A stretch of DNA of 59,501 nt from an uncultured Clostridium sp. (GTDB lineage Bacteria; Bacillota; Clostridia; TANB77; CAG-508). Below the pieces are notes generated by a model. The model was not told the origin of the DNA. It ran no database searches and saw nothing but the letters and a program-made list of their open reading frames with translations. The position numbers and the translations under genes were made by a program. How positions within the stretch are numbered: position 1 is the first letter of the stretch; every line of letters starts with the position of its first letter. The stretch is from positions 1-59,501 of the forward strand of contig CAZUAJ010000002.1 of NCBI GenBank assembly GCA_964618105.1, given 5' to 3'. Below are positions 55,461-59,501 of this stretch, piece after piece.

Positions 55461-57191
55461 GTGGAAAAATATAAAGAAAAATATGAAGCTTGGCTTAGTA
55501 ATTCTGTTATTTCAGACGAAGACAAGCAAGAATTAAAAAACATACAAAATAATGAAAAAGAAATTGAAGATAGATTTTATAAAGACCTAGAATTTGGCAC
55601 AGCTGGTTTAAGAGGCGTTATTGGCATTGGTACTAACAGAATGAACAAATATACTGTTACTAAAGCATCTCAAGGTTTAGCTAATTATATTATTAAAAAA
55701 GGTGTACAAAATAAAGGTGTTGCAATTGCTTATGATTCAAGAAGAATGTCAAAGGAGTTTAGTGAGCAAGCTGCTCTTTGTTTAAATGCAAATGGAATTA
55801 AAACATATAGGTTTGACAGTTTGCGCCCTACTCCTGAACTTTCTTTTGCGGTAAGAAGTTTGGGCTGCACAGCTGGTATTGTTGTAACTGCAAGTCATAA
55901 TCCACCTGAGTATAATGGGTATAAAGTATACTGGGATGACGGAGCTCAAATTGTTGAGCCAACAGATAAAGAGATTATTGCAGAAGTAAATGCTATTACA
56001 GATTTTTCTACTATAAAAACTATGGATAAACAAGAAGCAATTAGCCAAGGTTTATATCATGTAATTGGTGAAGAAATTGATAAAAAATATATTGCTGAAT
56101 TAAAAAAATTAGTAGTTAATAATGAAGCAATTAAAAATAATCAAAAAAATATTAAAATAGTTTACACACCACTTCATGGCACCGGAAATCGTTTAGTACA
56201 AGCTATTTTAACTGAATTAGGTTTTGAAAATGTTTATGTTGTTCAAGAACAAAAAGAACCTGATGGAAATTTCCCAACTGTAGATTATCCAAACCCAGAA
56301 GATTCTAGAGCATTTAAATTAGCTTTAGAGCTAGCAAAAGAAAAAGATGCTGATATTGTTTTAGCAAATGATCCTGATGCTGATAGATTAGGTATGTATG
56401 TAAAAGATACCAAAACAGGTGAATATATTCAATTTAATGGAAACATGACTGGAAATTTAATTGCAGAATATATTTTATTACAGAAAAAACTTCACAATAA
56501 ATTACCTTCAAATGGTGCAATAATTAAAACAATAGTATCTTCTAATTTAACTTATGCAATTGCCAAATCATATAATGTTAAATTATTTGAAACATTAACT
56601 GGTTTTAAAAATGTTGCTAAAATTATTAGAAGTTTTGAAGAAAATAACAATAATTATGAATGTTTATACTCTTATGAAGAAAGTTATGGCTGCATAATTG
56701 GAACTCATGCAAGAGATAAAGATGGAATTGTTGCTGTTATGACACTTTGTGAAGCTGCTTGTTACTACAAAGAAAATGGTATGACTTTATGGGATGCAAT
56801 GGTTGCAATGTATGAAAAATATGGTTATTATAAAGAAAAACAATTTTCAATTACTTTAAAAGGTGTTGAAGGTGCTGAAGCAATTAAACAAATGATGGAA
56901 AATATGAGAAATAATCCACCAAAAGAAATTGCTGGTGAAAAAGTTTTATATGTTGGCGATTATTTAGCACAAACAATTTGCTACACAGAAACTAATAAAT
57001 GTGAACCTACAAATTTACCAAAATCAAATGTGCTTTACTATAATTTAACAAATGATAGTTGGTGTTGTGTGCGTCCTTCTGGAACAGAACCTAAAATTAA
57101 ATTTTATATGGGTGTTAAAGGAGCTAGTTTAGAAGATGCTGATAAAAAGTTACATGAACTCGAAAATGCAATAAGAGAAATTGCAAAATAA
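55461..57191 (+). CDS. Phosphohexomutase (phosphoglucomutase/phosphomannomutase, PgcA-like)
   Basis: GTG start after AAAGGAGAATTTAC. TASHNPPEYNGYKV (active-site Ser loop), DPDADR (Mg site) and RPSGTEPKIKFY. Confidence 0.85.
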   Translation: MEKYKEKYEAWLSNSVISDEDKQELKNIQNNEKEIEDRFYKDLEFGTAGLRGVIGIGTNRMNKYTVTKASQGLANYIIKKGVQNKGVAIAYDSRRMSKEFSEQAALCLNANGIKTYRFDSLRPTPELSFAVRSLGCTAGIVVTASHNPPEYNGYKVYWDDGAQIVEPTDKEIIAEVNAITDFSTIKTMDKQEAISQGLYHVIGEEIDKKYIAELKKLVVNNEAIKNNQKNIKIVYTPLHGTGNRLVQAILTELGFENVYVVQEQKEPDGNFPTVDYPNPEDSRAFKLALELAKEKDADIVLANDPDADRLGMYVKDTKTGEYIQFNGNMTGNLIAEYILLQKKLHNKLPSNGAIIKTIVSSNLTYAIAKSYNVKLFETLTGFKNVAKIIRSFEENNNNYECLYSYEESYGCIIGTHARDKDGIVAVMTLCEAACYYKENGMTLWDAMVAMYEKYGYYKEKQFSITLKGVEGAEAIKQMMENMRNNPPKEIAGEKVLYVGDYLAQTICYTETNKCEPTNLPKSNVLYYNLTNDSWCCVRPSGTEPKIKFYMGVKGASLEDADKKLHELENAIREIAK

Positions 57192-57199
57192 AAAATAAG

Positions 57200-57231
57200 A
57201 AGTTGTCAATATTAATATTGACAACTTTTTA
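57200..57231. terminator. Bidirectional terminator between convergent genes
   Basis: aagttgtcaatatt/aatattgacaactt perfect palindrome plus a T-run. Confidence 0.6.
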
Positions 57232-57948
57232 TTTTTTTTCTTCTTTCCAGCCATTTATGTGTGCTCTTTTTATTGCACCTGTCATATTAGCTCTAATAGT
57301 TGGAATTTGCTTTTCCCATTCTAATATCATATTTTTCATATCTTCTCTTTTAGAAACTCCGTCCATTGGACAAACTTTTGGCATTACTTCAACATTATTT
57401 CGTTTAACAAATTTTTTTATTTCCTTTTCTGGTGTATCTATTAATGGCCTAATAAGGGTCATTTTTGAACGGTCCATATAGCTTATTGGTGCAAATGTAG
57501 ATAAATTCCCTGCATATAAAAAATTAAGTAAGAATGTTTCTAGTGCATCATCTTGATTGTGTCCTAATGCAATTTTGTTACATTCTTCACGTATTGCAAC
57601 TGAATTAATAATTCCTCTACGTAAATTTGCACATAGTGAACATGGATTTTTTTCTTGTCTTATGTCAAAAACTATTTCTTTTATATGTGAAACTTCTTCA
57701 ATATATTCTACTCCTATTTGATTGCATTTAACTTTTAAGAATTCTGAATTAAAAAAATCAAAACCTGGGTTTACACTAATTGCAATTATTTCAAACTTTT
57801 TAGGGTAAAACCTTTGAAGTGCTTTTAAGCCCATAAGAAGTGTAAATGAGTCTTTTCCGCCTGAAAGGCCAACTGCAATTTTATCCCCATCTTCTATCAT
57901 ATTATAATTATCAATTGTTTTTCTTAAATAACCTAAAATTCTTTGCAT
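57229..57948 (-). CDS. PP-loop ATPase, TtcA-like tRNA 2-thiolation protein
   Basis: VGLSGGKDSFTLL (SGGxDS), PCSLCANLRRG and KVCPMDG cysteine motifs. Confidence 0.65.
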   Translation of the reverse strand: MQRILGYLRKTIDNYNMIEDGDKIAVGLSGGKDSFTLLMGLKALQRFYPKKFEIIAISVNPGFDFFNSEFLKVKCNQIGVEYIEEVSHIKEIVFDIRQEKNPCSLCANLRRGIINSVAIREECNKIALGHNQDDALETFLLNFLYAGNLSTFAPISYMDRSKMTLIRPLIDTPEKEIKKFVKRNNVEVMPKVCPMDGVSKREDMKNMILEWEKQIPTIRANMTGAIKRAHINGWKEEKK

Positions 57949-58051
57949 TTATTTATTCCTTTTCTTATTTTTTACTTAGCTATTTTTCTTATAATTATAC
58001 AATTTTTTTATATTTATAACAAGCGAACAGATTAAACATTTTTTCATTTTC

Positions 58052-58308
58052 GTTACAAGATACTGGTTTTGTTAAATTGTTTGGATTAGAGTATGTACGT
58101 CCTGCAACGGAGAAAGTATTTTTATTTTTCTGCGTTCGTCCCAACTGCATAATAAGCTGTAAATAAAATTTTACTTTCGTAAATTTTATAACAGCTTATT
58201 ATTTGTCGGTCCCCACACAAGCTCACTTTGAAAATAAAAATGTACTTTCTCCTGCGCGGACTTTTAGTATCTTTTCCAAACAATTTAACAAAACCAGTAT
58301 CTTGTAAC
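58052..58308. repeat. Element E2: 257-bp hairpin element with 34-bp perfect terminal inverted repeats; core related to E1
   Basis: gttacaagatactggttttgttaaattgtttgga (58052-58085) is the exact reverse complement of 58275-58308. The arms continue imperfectly inward. The inner stem is ataataagctgt / acagcttattat (58149-58160 / 58191-58202). The unpaired strands are TGCGTTCGTCCCAACTGC and TTGTCGGTCCCCACACAAGCTCAC. Confidence 0.6.
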
Positions 58309-58441
58309 TAATTTTCTAATAATATCTTTTGTAACAAATATATTAAAATTATCATAATCTATTAATAAAAATACATATATTAAGCATTTTTTAAAAGCAA
58401 TTTCTATTTTACCGTAAATATACGAAAGGAATGATAAATTT

Positions 58442-58645
58442 ATGAATGAATTTGAATATAGAGAAGAAAAAAAAGAGTTTAAAAAAGCTCCACCTAAAGG
58501 ACCGCCAAAAGGACCACCTAAGAAATTTGATTTTAAAAAGAAAAAAGATAATACTATAAAATCTTTATTTGAAATAGAACACTTTTTGCGTGATTTTAAG
58601 CAAGTTGCTAAAGGTATAAAATTATATAATGTTTTTAAGTGGTAA
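58442..58645 (+). CDS. Small basic protein (67 aa) with a PPKGPPKGPPKK repeat
   Basis: ORF with GAAAGGAATGATAAATTT RBS. No family recognised. Confidence 0.4.
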   Translation: MNEFEYREEKKEFKKAPPKGPPKGPPKKFDFKKKKDNTIKSLFEIEHFLRDFKQVAKGIKLYNVFKW

Positions 58646-58702
58646 AATTTATGATTTTTGGGCGGATTAAAGTTACATTTTTACCCCGCCCCAAAAATAA
58701 TA

Positions 58703-59254
58703 TTATTTACTTCTAGTAAAAACTTCTTTAAAATTTACTTTTCCATCTTTAAATTCTTTATTTTCTTGACCATTAATTAAAATTTTCACACCACTTACCT
58801 CATTAAGTTCTGTTAATGTATTTACTATTGCATTTATTGTTTTTTGTTCTAATTCTTCCCCATCTTCATGGTTTTCAATAAATTCATTTGATAAATTCAA
58901 ATATACTACATCTCCTTTTAATTCTGCACCTAACACTTTAGTTCCATTTGAAATTGGGGATTGTAATTTTTCATTTTTTGGTGTCTCTATTAAAATATTA
59001 ATTAGTGTCTCATACGGATCTGTTAATAAGTTTTTTACATCTACTGTTCTTCCCTCTGGCGTAATTTCTTTTGTTTCTTTGTTTATATAATACAAAGTTA
59101 CTAATGTTGTTCTCATTTGCTCGTCTGTTGTTTCTTCTTCTGGTTGGATTACATTTTCTTCTAATTTTTTATTTTTGTTCTGCCATAAAAGTACACCTGT
59201 AATAGCTATTGCTATTATTAAAATAATTCCAATAATTAATGTTTTTTTATTCAT
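58703..59254 (-). CDS. GerM-domain protein (germination/sporulation lipoprotein-like)
   Basis: N-terminal TM/signal. LVTLYYINKE...LLTDPYETLINILIE...GDVVYLNLSNEF...NAIVNTLTELNEVSGVKILINGQ fits the GerMN pattern. Confidence 0.6.
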   Translation of the reverse strand: MNKKTLIIGIILIIAIAITGVLLWQNKNKKLEENVIQPEEETTDEQMRTTLVTLYYINKETKEITPEGRTVDVKNLLTDPYETLINILIETPKNEKLQSPISNGTKVLGAELKGDVVYLNLSNEFIENHEDGEELEQKTINAIVNTLTELNEVSGVKILINGQENKEFKDGKVNFKEVFTRSK

Positions 59255-59259
59255 AATTT

Positions 59260-59305
59260 ACCTCACATAATTTATTTAGGTTTTTTAAGGTTTTACCTAT
59301 AAACC
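59260..59305. repeat. Leader motif copy B (duplicate of 43222-43272), abutting the gerM-like RBS
   Basis: See copy A. About 45 of 50 positions are shared, including the AAGGTTT-ATAGGTA-AAACCTT hairpin. Confidence 0.6.
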
Positions 59306-59501
59306 TTTTTTACTTGAACTAATCAATTATTATGTATAGCTTGTTTAATTTAGAACTATTTTCATAATTAATTTTAATCTTAAGCAAATTAGTTAAAATG
59401 AAAAACAAAAACTGATAAAATGATAAATTATGTGAAATTTCTGTGAAATGGTAGTATTTACCACGCCTAACTCATTGACTTTTTTTTTATTTTTATGTAA
59501 A

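Overview
Very AT-rich chromosomal segment from an endospore-forming, low-GC Firmicute (Clostridia-like). Most genes are on the minus strand. It is mainly core sporulation, cell-envelope and housekeeping genes. Recognisable blocks are spoIIE; mreB-mreC-mreD-PBP2-minC; a mecA-like gene, an M23 peptidase and CotF-like coat genes; pcrA, a ZIP transporter and prfA; a YhaO/YhaN-like nuclease-ATPase pair; yqeK-ddl-murF; a SASP gene and sleB-ypeB; tRNA-Arg, tadA, SRP RNA, dnaX-ybaB-recR; rsmI, abrB, spmAB; murA and spoIIR; a UDP-sugar pyrophosphorylase plus phosphohexomutase pair; and a GerM-like gene. Accessory or unusual content: (1) at the left end, a pilin-like gene and two giant surface adhesins. 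One adhesin needs a +1 frame correction and may carry a thioester (TQXA-like) domain. (2) An orphan VirD4/TraG-type coupling-protein operon with two unknown small proteins and a J-domain protein, next to an 882-bp gene-free spacer built from 12-13-bp tandem repeats. (3) Two GC-enriched hairpin elements (E1 at about 40.3 kb, E2 at about 58.2 kb) share a conserved asymmetric-loop core while their helices have unrelated sequences. I regard this as the best candidate for an undescribed RNA or DNA element. (4) A 68-nt palindrome spans the tadA 3' end and contains a related GGGACG motif. (5) A roughly 50-nt leader motif is duplicated upstream of ybaB and the gerM-like gene. (6) Textbook tandem Spo0A boxes lie in the abrB-spmA intergenic region. 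radC also carries a 1-nt frame disruption, and minC is truncated with no minDE nearby. All calls come from reading the sequence and ORF translations by eye; no database search was run.
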